Assembly (NCBI GenBank): GCA_951813285.1
Contig: OX638355.1
Coordinates: forward strand, 1,424,653-1,488,652
DNA length: 64,000 bases
Direction of reading: 5' to 3'
Source: Terriglobia bacterium
GTDB lineage: Bacteria > Acidobacteriota > Terriglobia > Versatilivoradales > Versatilivoraceae
A model generated the notes under the pieces. The model was not told the origin of the DNA. It saw nothing but the letters and a program-made list of their open reading frames with translations, and searched no databases. Shown here piece after piece: positions 53,952-63,078 of this stretch (positions are counted from its first letter, which is position 1; each line of letters begins with the position of its first letter). The position numbers and the translations under genes are program-made.

Positions 53952-54926
53952 TCAGTAGCCGGCCGACTTGTCCACCAAGCCCAGCAGGGGTTGGCCCCGG
54001 CAGTAGCGCCGCAGGTTCTCGCAAAATAGCTCAACGCAACGCTGGTATTCCTCGCGGGTGACGACGCGGTGGAACGACATCAGCAGATTTTCCACCTCCC
54101 ACAGGGCCGAATCGGGGGGCGGCACTTCCAGTTGCAGGGCAGCTCCGGCGATGCGTCTTTCCTCCAGAGCCCTCCGAACGGCTTCCAGGTCGTAAAGCGC
54201 CGGCCTCCCGGAAACATCGATGAAGCAGGCGCTGTCTTTCATCCTTCCCAGTTCCCGAGCACCGATCACGCCCCTGGTCTCGGGAGTGAGAGGAAGGCTC
54301 AGAACCACGAAATCCGAATCTGCCAGCAGTTCGTCCAGTTGAGCCGGTCTCAGCAACCGGTCCACGGTTTGCGGAGGGGTTCGTTGAGTTCTGGCCATTG
54401 CGATGACCCGCATGCCGAAGCATTTTGCCACCCGGGCGATTTCCGATCCCATCACACCCAGGCCCATGATGCCGACGGTCCTGCCCTTCAGTTCGGTGGG
54501 CCATTGGCCTCGAGAGCGCAGGGTCCCCGGAACCGACCATTCCCACTCCCGGTCCGGCCCGTGCCTCAAATCGACATGTAGCCGGCGGCTGAAGGCCAGC
54601 ATCATTCCCAGGGCGTACTCGGCCCCGGTCGAATCGAAGCAGGGCTTGGAGCAAGTCACGGTGACGGCGCTCTCCACCAGTTGCGGAAACATGTAGCCCT
54701 CCACGCCGCCCGAGCCGGCGTGGACCCAGCGGAGTTTCCTGGCCACCCGCAGAAGCCCGGGGTCGAAAGCTCCCACAAAGGCCACCTCGGCCTCGGCGAA
54801 GGCCTCCATCAGGAAGTCGCGGTCCTCGCCGGCAACCACCCGGACGCCGTCCACGCAGCTTTCGATCTTCTCCAGGCCCTGGGGGAGCCAACTGACCACC
54901 GCCAGGAAAGGGGGTTTTCCCGCCAA
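53952..54926 (-). CDS. D-2-hydroxyacid dehydrogenase family protein
   Basis: NAD motif TVGIMGLGVMGSEIARV; VVLSLPLTPET; IDVSGRP. Stop of the upstream enolase gene is 1 nt away. Confidence 0.85.
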   Translation of the reverse strand: MAGKPPFLAVVSWLPQGLEKIESCVDGVRVVAGEDRDFLMEAFAEAEVAFVGAFDPGLLRVARKLRWVHAGSGGVEGYMFPQLVESAVTVTCSKPCFDSTGAEYALGMMLAFSRRLHVDLRHGPDREWEWSVPGTLRSRGQWPTELKGRTVGIMGLGVMGSEIARVAKCFGMRVIAMARTQRTPPQTVDRLLRPAQLDELLADSDFVVLSLPLTPETRGVIGARELGRMKDSACFIDVSGRPALYDLEAVRRALEERRIAGAALQLEVPPPDSALWEVENLLMSFHRVVTREEYQRCVELFCENLRRYCRGQPLLGLVDKSAGY

Positions 54927-54927
54927 A

Positions 54928-56115
54928 TCAATCTCCTTGTGCCGCCACCTGTTCCATCCGCGAGAGCGCTTCCGGGACGTAGTTGCCCAATCCCAGCCCC
55001 GGGCTTTCCGGAAGCTGGAGGTAGCCGTCGCTTAGCGTGAGTGGGCGCTCGATGATTTCCTCGTGGGCCATCCTGGTGATTCGGTAGGCCGAGGTCGACC
55101 CTTCGCGCAGGGCCTCCCAGCCGGGATATTCCACCATGGCTCCGTTGGTCACGGTGGAGAGAATATGGAGGTGGGCGGCAACCACGGTGGCCGACCAGGG
55201 GCTGTGGGGGATGCAGAGCAGGCCGGCTTCCTCGGACCGACGGGCGACGTAGTGGCACTGGGTAACCCCCATCTGGGCGGCGTCGGGCTGGATGACGTCC
55301 AGCGCCCGGCGGTCGATGTATTGCTGGAACTCATGGGTAGTACTGAGACTTTCCCCGGAAGCGATCTTGACTTCGGCGGCCTGGGTCAGGGCGGCGTAGC
55401 CGTCCACGTCGAAGGGGGGCATGGGCTCCTCCAGGAAGTAGAGGTCGAACGCTTCCAGAAAGCGGGTGGCTCGAATGGCTTCCTTGAGGTTCCAGCCGGG
55501 GGTCCAATAGGCCGGGCAGCCGAAGTCGAGCATCAGGCGGGTCTCCGGGCCGATGGCTTGACGGATGGCGGCCAGTCTCTCTTCGTCCTCGGTCCGGAAG
55601 TGGTTGCCCCAGCCGAACTTGATAGCCCGAAACCCTTGCTGGACACAGGCTCGGCTTTCCGCTGCCAACTGCTCGGGGGACTTCAGCCGGGGCGGGACAT
55701 TTCCCGCCAGGGAGTCGGGATCGAAGGCCGTGCCGCTGGCATAGGCCATGACCCGGTTCTGTACCGCTCCTCCAAGCAGCTTGCAGAGCGGCTGGTTCAG
55801 GGCTTTTCCGGCCAGGTCCCAAAGAGCCATGTCGACGGCGCCCATGGCATTGACCGCCATGCCGCCCTCGCCGCCGCGCCCCCTGAGGGCCTGCCAGTTC
55901 TGGAACATGCGCACCCAGAGGCGGCCGGGTTCCAGCGGGTCCCGGCCAGCCAGAAAGCGGATCAAGCCTCCCTGGCGGTCCAGCACGATGGGCCCGATGA
56001 TCCAGGAGGGCGAGCCGGTGACCCCGATACCGGTCAAGCCCTCGTCGGTTTCCACCTGCACGAAGGTCAGGCTGGAAAGGCGGCCGCCACGGACACGGAT
56101 GTCGGTAATCTTCAT
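54928..56115 (-). CDS. mandelate racemase/muconate lactonizing enzyme (enolase superfamily) protein, probable acid-sugar dehydratase
   Basis: MKITDIRV......VQVETDEGLTGIG; AVDMALWDLAGKALNQPL..LLGG; metal ligands in LMLDFG / LEEP / IQPD contexts. Confidence 0.85.
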   Translation of the reverse strand: MKITDIRVRGGRLSSLTFVQVETDEGLTGIGVTGSPSWIIGPIVLDRQGGLIRFLAGRDPLEPGRLWVRMFQNWQALRGRGGEGGMAVNAMGAVDMALWDLAGKALNQPLCKLLGGAVQNRVMAYASGTAFDPDSLAGNVPPRLKSPEQLAAESRACVQQGFRAIKFGWGNHFRTEDEERLAAIRQAIGPETRLMLDFGCPAYWTPGWNLKEAIRATRFLEAFDLYFLEEPMPPFDVDGYAALTQAAEVKIASGESLSTTHEFQQYIDRRALDVIQPDAAQMGVTQCHYVARRSEEAGLLCIPHSPWSATVVAAHLHILSTVTNGAMVEYPGWEALREGSTSAYRITRMAHEEIIERPLTLSDGYLQLPESPGLGLGNYVPEALSRMEQVAAQGD

Positions 56116-56958
56116 TTACAAGCCCCAGGAGCGCGCCACCCGGCGGGTCAAATGCGCCAACTGGTCAGGGGTCTCGCCCTGGGTCCCTTGGGCGACTTCA
56201 AAGGTCCAGGGGCCGGGATATCCCACCGCGGCCAGCGCCTTGCGGATGGCCGACCAGTCCAGGCCCCCCTTGGTTGGCGCCCAGTGGTTGTCGTTGGGGT
56301 TCTCGTAGTCGACGTCCTGCAGGTGGGTTCCCCGGAGACGGGATCCGGCGAGTTCGATTTCCACGGAGGGATCCCGCTTGATCGTCCAGGCGTGTCCGGT
56401 ATCGATCACCAGTCCCAACTGCTCCTCGGGGTAGCCATCCACCAGCGGCCGCAATTCCCGCATGTCCAGGTAGGGATAGCCGCAGGAGTAGGGCAGGTTT
56501 TCCAGCAGGATGCGGACGCCCTCCTGGCGGGCGACCGGAACCAGTCGATCGAGGGACCGCGGAACCGCTTCGGCGATGCGTCGAGCCACCTCGGGATGGT
56601 CGCCCTCGGGAACGAAAATGGGGTTGGGCACCGGATGAATAATGACTTCGGTGGCCTCCAGTCCGGCGGCCAGCCGAAGGTAGCCGGCCAATATCTCGAC
56701 CACTTCAAGGCGCCAGTTTTCCTCGGGGGCTCCCAGGACATTCCGGGTCAAAGGAGCATGAACCGTTCTGGCCCGAAGACCTCGCGCCGCCAGACGGGTT
56801 CGAAAGTCCGCCAAAGCCTTCCCCGTAGGAGGGACTGCCAGGTGAGGCTCTTGTCCCAATACTTCCGTTTGGGTGAACCCCGCGGCAGCAACCCCGTCCA
56901 GGGCAGCCTCCACATCCCGATCTCTAAAACCCACTGTGCTATAGCTGATGTCGCTCAT
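56116..56958 (-). CDS. sugar phosphate isomerase/epimerase (xylose isomerase-like TIM barrel)
   Basis: In-frame ATG at 56958 (MSDISYSTVGF). ...IHPV...ILLENLP...VIDTGHA. The stop abuts the enolase-superfamily start (56115/56116). Confidence 0.8.
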   Translation of the reverse strand: MSDISYSTVGFRDRDVEAALDGVAAAGFTQTEVLGQEPHLAVPPTGKALADFRTRLAARGLRARTVHAPLTRNVLGAPEENWRLEVVEILAGYLRLAAGLEATEVIIHPVPNPIFVPEGDHPEVARRIAEAVPRSLDRLVPVARQEGVRILLENLPYSCGYPYLDMRELRPLVDGYPEEQLGLVIDTGHAWTIKRDPSVEIELAGSRLRGTHLQDVDYENPNDNHWAPTKGGLDWSAIRKALAAVGYPGPWTFEVAQGTQGETPDQLAHLTRRVARSWGL

Positions 56959-57099
56959 CGGCCCTGTCCTTTGATGTCCTTTGGAATTTCCTCTGTCAGA
57001 GCGAGGTTCACCCATTATACCGAGACGAGCCCGCATTTCTCATCGGTTGTCGATGACCTGGTCGCGCCCGGCGGCGCTCAGGCCGGGGGCTGGTCTGAG

Positions 57100-57414
57100 C
57101 TACGCGGCGGGGTCTTTGTGGCTGAAGAGAGCCTGATAGAGGTTGTCGATGCGGGAGTGTAAGCTGCGGACATCCTGGCGGATCTCAGCCATCTCCTGGC
57201 GGAGGCCGGAGATGTCAGCGCGCACTTCGTGGCGAAGAGTGGTCACGTCCTGGCGGATGGTGGCGATTGCTCGCCAGAGGCCAAGGCCAACCCCCAGGAT
57301 CGCGACGATAATGACAATGGTATCAGTGTGCATGAGCCTTATTCTATCACGTTCACGGGCAGATCTCCGGCGCACTATCGTGCGGCGGGTTCGCCCATGT
57401 CGGCTGAGATCCAC
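57100..57414 (-). CDS. small membrane-anchored coiled-coil protein (GTG start at 57414 with AAGGA Shine-Dalgarno; alternative ATG at 57333)
   Basis: Arg-rich N-tail, TM segment IVIIVAILGVGLGLW, then duplicated IRQDV..L...V segments (ATIRQDVTTLRHEV / AEIRQDVRSLHSRI). Confidence 0.5.
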   Translation of the reverse strand: MDLSRHGRTRRTIVRRRSARERDRIRLMHTDTIVIIVAILGVGLGLWRAIATIRQDVTTLRHEVRADISGLRQEMAEIRQDVRSLHSRIDNLYQALFSHKDPAA

Positions 57415-57593
57415 CAGGATGTCCTTGTGTCGAGAGTCAATCGCATGCGAGCCGGCTAGGCCGACCGCCAGGATGGGGGCGCTGGCCGGCTCAGAGGGGC
57501 AACGTGTCAGGTCTCATGATCTAGCGGGTCAGTTAAATCCCACCAAACTCAAGGCGCCGGTTGCAAGGCACGGCCTCGCCGGCATTCGCGGGT

Positions 57594-57621
57594 TTGATGA
57601 CCTTCCTGAAACGACTATAAT
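57594..57621 (+). promoter_or_regulatory. sigma70-type promoter candidate for the PQQ-like propeller / SDR / enolase operon
   Basis: TTGATG (57594-57599), 16-nt spacer, consensus TATAAT (57616-57621); ~95 nt upstream of the GTG at 57716. Confidence 0.45.
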
Positions 57622-57715
57622 CGTGCTTTCGCTTGCGCCGCATGGGTAGGCGGACTTCAATCCGTGTTCGCCGTTCGACTCGGCCTGTCTCTCCCCTCGG
57701 CCATGGAGGTCCAAC

Positions 57716-59161
57716 GTGAAGATACTCTTGCACCTGTCGGTGGCCCTGCTTTGCTGCTCGGTTGAATCGGCTCAATCGGAATCATGGCCCCAGTTCCGCG
57801 GTCCCAATGCGTCCGGCGTGGCCTCGGGATCCTACGAGCTGCCCGCCTCCATTGGGCCCGATCGAAACCTTCTCTGGAAGGTTTCCCTCCCGCCGGGGCA
57901 CTCATCCCCGGTGGTCCACGGTGACCGGGTCTACGTAACGGCCGTCGAGGGTGAATTGCTCCTTACCCTGGGATTGCATGGAGAAACCGGGGAAGTGGTG
58001 TGGAAGGTCGAAGCGGAGTACGGGAAGCTGGAGGAGATCCACCGTGACGGAAGCCACGCCCAGTCCAGCCCGGCCACGGACGGGCAGCGGATCGTGAGCT
58101 TCTTCGGGTCGGGCGGTCTCTTTTGCTACGACCGCAACGGCAAGTTGTTGTGGCGGCGCCGGATGGGTCCCTTCAAGAATGGATTCGGCGCCGCCGGTTC
58201 GCCCATCATCATCGGCGACCGCGTGGTGTTGAACCAGGATCATGACATCGACTCTTTTCTCATGGCTTTGGACAAAGGAAGCGGCAAAACGCTCTGGAAG
58301 ACCGAACGCCCGGAGTTTCCCCGGGGGTTTTCGACCCCGGTGAGTCTGGAGGCTAACGGAAAGAAGCAGATCGTCGTTTCCGGAACCCTGCGGATCGCGG
58401 GGTACGATCTTGATACGGGGAAGGAGCTCTGGACCGTTCGGGGCCTCTCGCGCATCGTCAACACCACGCCGATCGTTGGCGATGGAGGAGTCGTCTTCAG
58501 CGCCACCTGGTCTCCGGGAGCCGATCCGGGAGAACGGGAAAAGCTCCAACCCTTCGCGGAGGTTGCCGGTCAATTGGACCGCAACCGGAACGGTCGCCTG
58601 GAGCTTGAGGAGTTGCCGGAGGGATCGCTCAAGGCGCGCTTCAACCAGTTCGACCGGGACAAGGACGATCAGCTCACCCGAGCCGAGTACGACGGAATGA
58701 AAAACATTTTCGAGACGGTGGAAAATGTGGCTCTGGCTATCCGCCCCGGTGGGGCCGGAGACGTCACCGAGTCCCATGTGCTGTGGAGGCAGAACCGCTA
58801 CCTGCCCTACGTTCCCTCTCCCATCCAGTACAACGGATATCTATTCTGGGTAAAGCGAGGGGGCATCGTGGCCAGCCTGGACCCGGAAACGGGAAAGACC
58901 CTGAAGGTGGGTCGTGTTCCCGGGCAATCCCGATACTTCAGTTCTCCGGTTGCGGGAGACGGCAAGATCTACTTGCTCAGTGAGAAGGGCGAACTGAGCG
59001 TGATCAGCGCCGAACCCCAATGGCGCCAGTTGTCCCAGGCCGATTTTAAGGAGGAAGCCTATGCCACGCCTGCCATTTCCGGGGGGCGGATCTACCTGCG
59101 GACCACCCGACACCTCTACTGTTTTGGACTACCGGAGGCCACGGCAGGGGTTCAACGGTAG
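57716..59161 (+). CDS. PQQ-like (BamB-like) beta-propeller repeat protein with an inserted EF-hand pair
   Basis: Signal peptide. WPQFRGPNASGV, repeated G..LW propeller blades. EF-hand loops DRNRNGRLELEE and DRDKDDQLTRAE at nt 58577-58687. Confidence 0.8.
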   Translation: MKILLHLSVALLCCSVESAQSESWPQFRGPNASGVASGSYELPASIGPDRNLLWKVSLPPGHSSPVVHGDRVYVTAVEGELLLTLGLHGETGEVVWKVEAEYGKLEEIHRDGSHAQSSPATDGQRIVSFFGSGGLFCYDRNGKLLWRRRMGPFKNGFGAAGSPIIIGDRVVLNQDHDIDSFLMALDKGSGKTLWKTERPEFPRGFSTPVSLEANGKKQIVVSGTLRIAGYDLDTGKELWTVRGLSRIVNTTPIVGDGGVVFSATWSPGADPGEREKLQPFAEVAGQLDRNRNGRLELEELPEGSLKARFNQFDRDKDDQLTRAEYDGMKNIFETVENVALAIRPGGAGDVTESHVLWRQNRYLPYVPSPIQYNGYLFWVKRGGIVASLDPETGKTLKVGRVPGQSRYFSSPVAGDGKIYLLSEKGELSVISAEPQWRQLSQADFKEEAYATPAISGGRIYLRTTRHLYCFGLPEATAGVQR

Positions 59162-59175
59162 TCAAGGGGGGCAGC

Positions 59176-59907
59176 ATGCAACTCAAGGATAAAGTGGCTC
59201 TGGTCACCGGAGGAGCCACCGGAATCGGTTTGGCCGTGGCCCGGCAGTTTTCCGCGGAGGGGGCCACGGTGGTGATCTGCGGCCGCAACAAAGAGAGACT
59301 GCATGCGGCGGCCCGGACCGTCTCGGGGAAGGGTGCCGTGCACCCCTGGCCGCTGGACGTCACCGATCGCGCCCAGGTCGGCGAGGTGGTCGGGAAGGCC
59401 ATCGACCGCTTCGGGAAGATCGACATCCTGGTCAACAACGCCGGGGTGAACGTGATCGAAAGGACCATGGAGCGGATCGAGCCCGAGAGCTGGGATTACA
59501 TCATGGCCGTGAATGCCACCGGGGCCTTCAACGTGGCTGCCGAGGTGCTTCCCCAGATGAGAGATCGCGGGGACGGCCTCATCGTCAACGTCACCTCGAC
59601 GGCCGGTTGTCGGGCCAGCGACCTGGGAGGAGCGGCCTACAGCGCTTCCAAGCACGCCATGGACGCCTTCACCAAGGTGTTGAGCCTGGAAGAGGGCCAT
59701 CGGGGTATCCGCGCCACCGTGATTGCGCCGGGAGAGGTGGACACGCCCTTGCTTGAGGTCCGCCCGGTGGCGGTGAGCGCGGAGCACCGCGCACGGATTC
59801 TGCGGCCGGAAGACGTGGCGGCCGCGGTGCTGTTTGTGGCCACGCTTCACCCCCGAGCCCACGTGCCCGAGCTCATCATCAAACCCATTAACCAGGCCTT
59901 TGCATGA
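59176..59907 (+). CDS. SDR family oxidoreductase
   Basis: KVALVTGGATGIGLAVA, NNAGV, YSASKHA. Confidence 0.9.
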   Translation: MQLKDKVALVTGGATGIGLAVARQFSAEGATVVICGRNKERLHAAARTVSGKGAVHPWPLDVTDRAQVGEVVGKAIDRFGKIDILVNNAGVNVIERTMERIEPESWDYIMAVNATGAFNVAAEVLPQMRDRGDGLIVNVTSTAGCRASDLGGAAYSASKHAMDAFTKVLSLEEGHRGIRATVIAPGEVDTPLLEVRPVAVSAEHRARILRPEDVAAAVLFVATLHPRAHVPELIIKPINQAFA

Positions 59908-59964
59908 GCCGGCGGCACAGAGGGCCAATTTCTGTCCTGCCCGGCCGTCGAGGCTGGAGCCACC

Positions 59965-61083
59965 ATGAAAATCACTCGAGTCGAAACTCTCTACTTGCGC
60001 CTTCCCGAAGTCAAGGAACAGGCCGATAGCGGCCAGGACGCTCTCGTCGTTCGGGTCGAGACCGATGCTGGAGTACATGGTATCGGCGAAGTGGACTCCG
60101 CCCCCATGGCCGTCAAGGGGATGATCGAGGGACCCTATTGCCACCCTCTCAACAGCGGATTGGGCGAGCTCCTGATCGGTGAAGATCCTCTGCAGACCGA
60201 ATACCTCTGGCACAAGATGTATCGGGAGAACATCTATGCCGGCCGGCGGGGAATCGCCATTCACGCCATGAGCGGAATCGACATTGCCCTCTGGGACATC
60301 AAGGGCAAGGTGCTGGGAATGCCCGTCTGGAAGTTGTTGGGAGGCGGTTTCCACCAGAGGATTCGTGCCTACGCCAGCTCTCTGTTTGGAGCCACTCCTG
60401 CTGAAACGGGTGAGAGAGCCCGTCGCTTCCGGGACAAGGGCTTCGACGCGGTCAAATTCGGATGGGCGCCCATGGGCGAGGATGCGGTTACGGACGTGGC
60501 CCTGGTGAGAGAGGCGCGGGCCGGGCTGGGGGACGGCGCCGACCTGCTGATCGACGCCGGGCTGGCCTGGGACGCCAAGACGGCAATCCAGCGAGCCAGA
60601 GCCTTCAGCGAGTTCGATATCTTCTGGCTCGAGGAACCCCTGCTGCCGGACGACTACCGGGGATATTCCCGCTTGGCTGCGGCAACCGACATTCCCATCG
60701 CGGCCGGCGAGGAGGAAAGCGAGCGCCGCTCATTTATCGAGCTGATGGATAAAGGCAGGATCGACGTGGTCCAGGTGGACCTGACCCGATGCGGCGGCTT
60801 CACCGAGGCAGTCAAAATCGCCAGCCTGGCGGCGGACCGGGGCCTGCGCTGCGTCAACCACGGGTTCACCACCTATATCAACGTGGCCGCCGCACTCCAC
60901 TTCCTGAACGCTATCCCCAACTCCTTCATTACGGAATTTGTGGTGGAGGAGGGGACTCGGTTGCGGGATGAGATCACCCTGCAGCGCATCTCGGCCCGGG
61001 ACGGCACTCTGGCCATTCCTCAGGCGCCCGGCCTGGGAATCGACCTCAACCCGGAGGGCGTTGAGAAGTACCGGGTTGCCTGA
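59965..61083 (+). CDS. mandelate racemase/muconate lactonizing enzyme (enolase superfamily) protein
   Basis: MKITRVETLYL....VRVETDAGVHGIGE; GIDIALWDIKGKVLGMPVWKLLGG; LLIDAG / WLEEP / VQVD metal-ligand contexts. Confidence 0.85.
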   Translation: MKITRVETLYLRLPEVKEQADSGQDALVVRVETDAGVHGIGEVDSAPMAVKGMIEGPYCHPLNSGLGELLIGEDPLQTEYLWHKMYRENIYAGRRGIAIHAMSGIDIALWDIKGKVLGMPVWKLLGGGFHQRIRAYASSLFGATPAETGERARRFRDKGFDAVKFGWAPMGEDAVTDVALVREARAGLGDGADLLIDAGLAWDAKTAIQRARAFSEFDIFWLEEPLLPDDYRGYSRLAAATDIPIAAGEEESERRSFIELMDKGRIDVVQVDLTRCGGFTEAVKIASLAADRGLRCVNHGFTTYINVAAALHFLNAIPNSFITEFVVEEGTRLRDEITLQRISARDGTLAIPQAPGLGIDLNPEGVEKYRVA

Positions 61084-61092
61084 TCTCCCCGG

Positions 61093-61848
61093 TCAGCTTG
61101 CAGCGGAAGTGGAAAGCTTTACCTGCTCCAACAGTTCCTTGGCTCTTTCGACACAGGCCAGGGCGTCTTTGCCATAGCCGTCGCATTTCATCTTGTGGGC
61201 CAGTTCCCGGCTCAGCGCGGCTCCACCCGCCATCGTCCTGACCTTGTGGCGGAGGCCTGCCTCTTCGAAAGCCCGGTTGGTCGTTTCGATGTTTCTCATG
61301 GTGGTGGTGAGCAGCGCCGACATGCCGACCAGCTCGGCCTTGTGCTCGATCACGGCCTCCACGAACTCCTGAGGCTTGGTGTCCACTCCCAGGTCGTGGA
61401 CGGAAAAGCCGGCCCCTGAAAGCATCATCCCGCACAGATTCTTGCCGATATCGTGAAGATCGCCCTGGACGGTACCCATGATGACCGTGCCAACGGGTTC
61501 GATGCCCGATGCCGACAGGATCGGGTCCAAGTGCTTCATTCCGGCCTTCATGGCCCTGGCGGCCACCAGCACCTCAGGCACGAAGATGACGTTGTCGCGG
61601 AACTTGACCCCCACCACCGACATGCCGGCGATCAGCCCATCGTCCAGAATGGTTCCGGGATCGTAGTCCTTGTCCAGAGCCTCCCGGGTCAAGCGGTCGG
61701 TCTGATGGTGCTCGCCGACAATGACGTAAAAGGCGATGTCCTGCATCAAGGGGTCTGCCTTTTCCAGAACCCCCCGAATTCGATGGTTCTCTTCGGGGAT
61801 GGTGACCCACTGCAGTTCTTCCTCCAGGCCGTCGTTGACAATCGGCAT
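61093..61848 (-). CDS. corrinoid (cobalamin)-binding protein, methyltransferase-cognate type
   Basis: B12-binding_2 helical cap followed by a Rossmann-like B12 domain with the DxHxxG motif (GDLHDIGKN) and ...GMSALLTTTM... . Confidence 0.85.
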   Translation of the reverse strand: MPIVNDGLEEELQWVTIPEENHRIRGVLEKADPLMQDIAFYVIVGEHHQTDRLTREALDKDYDPGTILDDGLIAGMSVVGVKFRDNVIFVPEVLVAARAMKAGMKHLDPILSASGIEPVGTVIMGTVQGDLHDIGKNLCGMMLSGAGFSVHDLGVDTKPQEFVEAVIEHKAELVGMSALLTTTMRNIETTNRAFEEAGLRHKVRTMAGGAALSRELAHKMKCDGYGKDALACVERAKELLEQVKLSTSAAS

Positions 61849-61929
61849 TGAGAGTCCCTTCCTTGTTCGTATGAAATCGAAGGCCGTGGCCGGCGGGAGA
61901 GGGTCCTGCCGTCCGCCGCCGGCTCAGGC

Positions 61930-63078
61930 TCAATCGAGTGCAATAGGATACTTGCCGTACCTGAACGTGGCCTCCAGCATGGCGGCGTAGTTGTCTATGG
62001 GCACGTATTCGGGGATGGAGTTTCCGGAAGAGACACAGTAGCCGCCGCCGGGAGCCAGATCCCTGATTCGAGTGCGAACCTCGTCCTCAACTTCCTCAGG
62101 AGTCCCCAGGGTCAAGGTGTACTGGAGGTCGATGTTGCCCAGCAAGGCGAGCCGGTCCCCATATTGCGCCTTGATTTCATTGATGTCGTGGGCTTGTGCT
62201 TCCACCGGATGCCAGCCGTGGATGCCGAGGTCGATCAGTTCATCGATCACCATGGAGATGTCCCCGTCGGTGTGGTAGACGAAGGGCTTGTCCGCGGCCC
62301 TGGCCATATCGCACATGGTCTTGTAGCAGGGGAAGGCGTATTTGCGATAGTGGTCGGGGTGCACCAGAGGTCCGTTCTTCCCCGAGAGGTCGTCGGCATG
62401 AAAGCTCAGGCCGACGGCGGGGTGTTCCATGGCAACCTCCATCACCCGCTGCTGGAGGGGGATGATCTTGCCATACATCATGTCGATGAGTTCCGGGTCG
62501 TCGATGTAGGACAACATGAAGGTCTCCATCCCCATCATGAACCAGACCCCGGTAAACACCTTGCCGATGACCACGCCGATCTTCATCCCGGGCGGCAGCA
62601 TCGCTCCCACCTCGTCCAGCACGGAGAAGTCCAGATCATCCGGGTCGGGCCAGGGATAAGCGGCAAACTCTTCTTTGTTGGAAATGACCCCTTTGTGCAT
62701 TTCCGCCCAGTGCCGTTCGGTATAGGCCTCCAGTTCGGCCTTGTAGGTGCTGACGGTGTGGCTGCTCACCTGGACGCCGCCGGCGCCCTTTTCGGTCTGG
62801 CTGTCCTTTCCTTCCACCGGCTTCAGGTGGACATTGATCACGCTCAGCGAGACGGGATAGGCGTCGAATCCGGCGGTCTCGAAGAATTCGATCTCCTGGG
62901 CGTGTCCCTCGACGGACTTGCCCATGAAATATTGCTTGATCTCCGGCTCGATCCCCATTTCAAAAAGGGGGACATAGTCGGGTTCCTGGTGTTTCAGGGC
63001 CGTCTTGAGGCGCTCATAGTCTGGTTTGCGGTTGCCCTTGGCAGCCAGGGCTCGTTGTACCGAGGCCGGAAATGACAT
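61930..63078 (-). CDS. uroporphyrinogen decarboxylase (URO-D) family protein, MtaA/CmuA-like methylcobamide methyltransferase
   Basis: In-frame ATG at 63078 preceded by GGGAGG. C-terminal LLGNIDLQYTLTLGTPEEVEDEVRTRIRDLAPGGGYCVSSGNSIPEYVP is typical of URO-D-fold methyltransferases. Lies 81 nt upstream of the corrinoid gene. Confidence 0.75.
   Translation of the reverse strand: MSFPASVQRALAAKGNRKPDYERLKTALKHQEPDYVPLFEMGIEPEIKQYFMGKSVEGHAQEIEFFETAGFDAYPVSLSVINVHLKPVEGKDSQTEKGAGGVQVSSHTVSTYKAELEAYTERHWAEMHKGVISNKEEFAAYPWPDPDDLDFSVLDEVGAMLPPGMKIGVVIGKVFTGVWFMMGMETFMLSYIDDPELIDMMYGKIIPLQQRVMEVAMEHPAVGLSFHADDLSGKNGPLVHPDHYRKYAFPCYKTMCDMARAADKPFVYHTDGDISMVIDELIDLGIHGWHPVEAQAHDINEIKAQYGDRLALLGNIDLQYTLTLGTPEEVEDEVRTRIRDLAPGGGYCVSSGNSIPEYVPIDNYAAMLEATFRYGKYPIALD

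Noticed and set aside
57533-57775. 80-aa minus-strand ORF (…MRRKRKHDYSRFRKVIKPANAGEAV…) as a possible transposase or RAYT remnant
   Set aside because: It shows only a vague resemblance to REP-associated transposase N-termini. It overlaps the start of the PQQ-like gene and the predicted promoter, and has no catalytic motifs.
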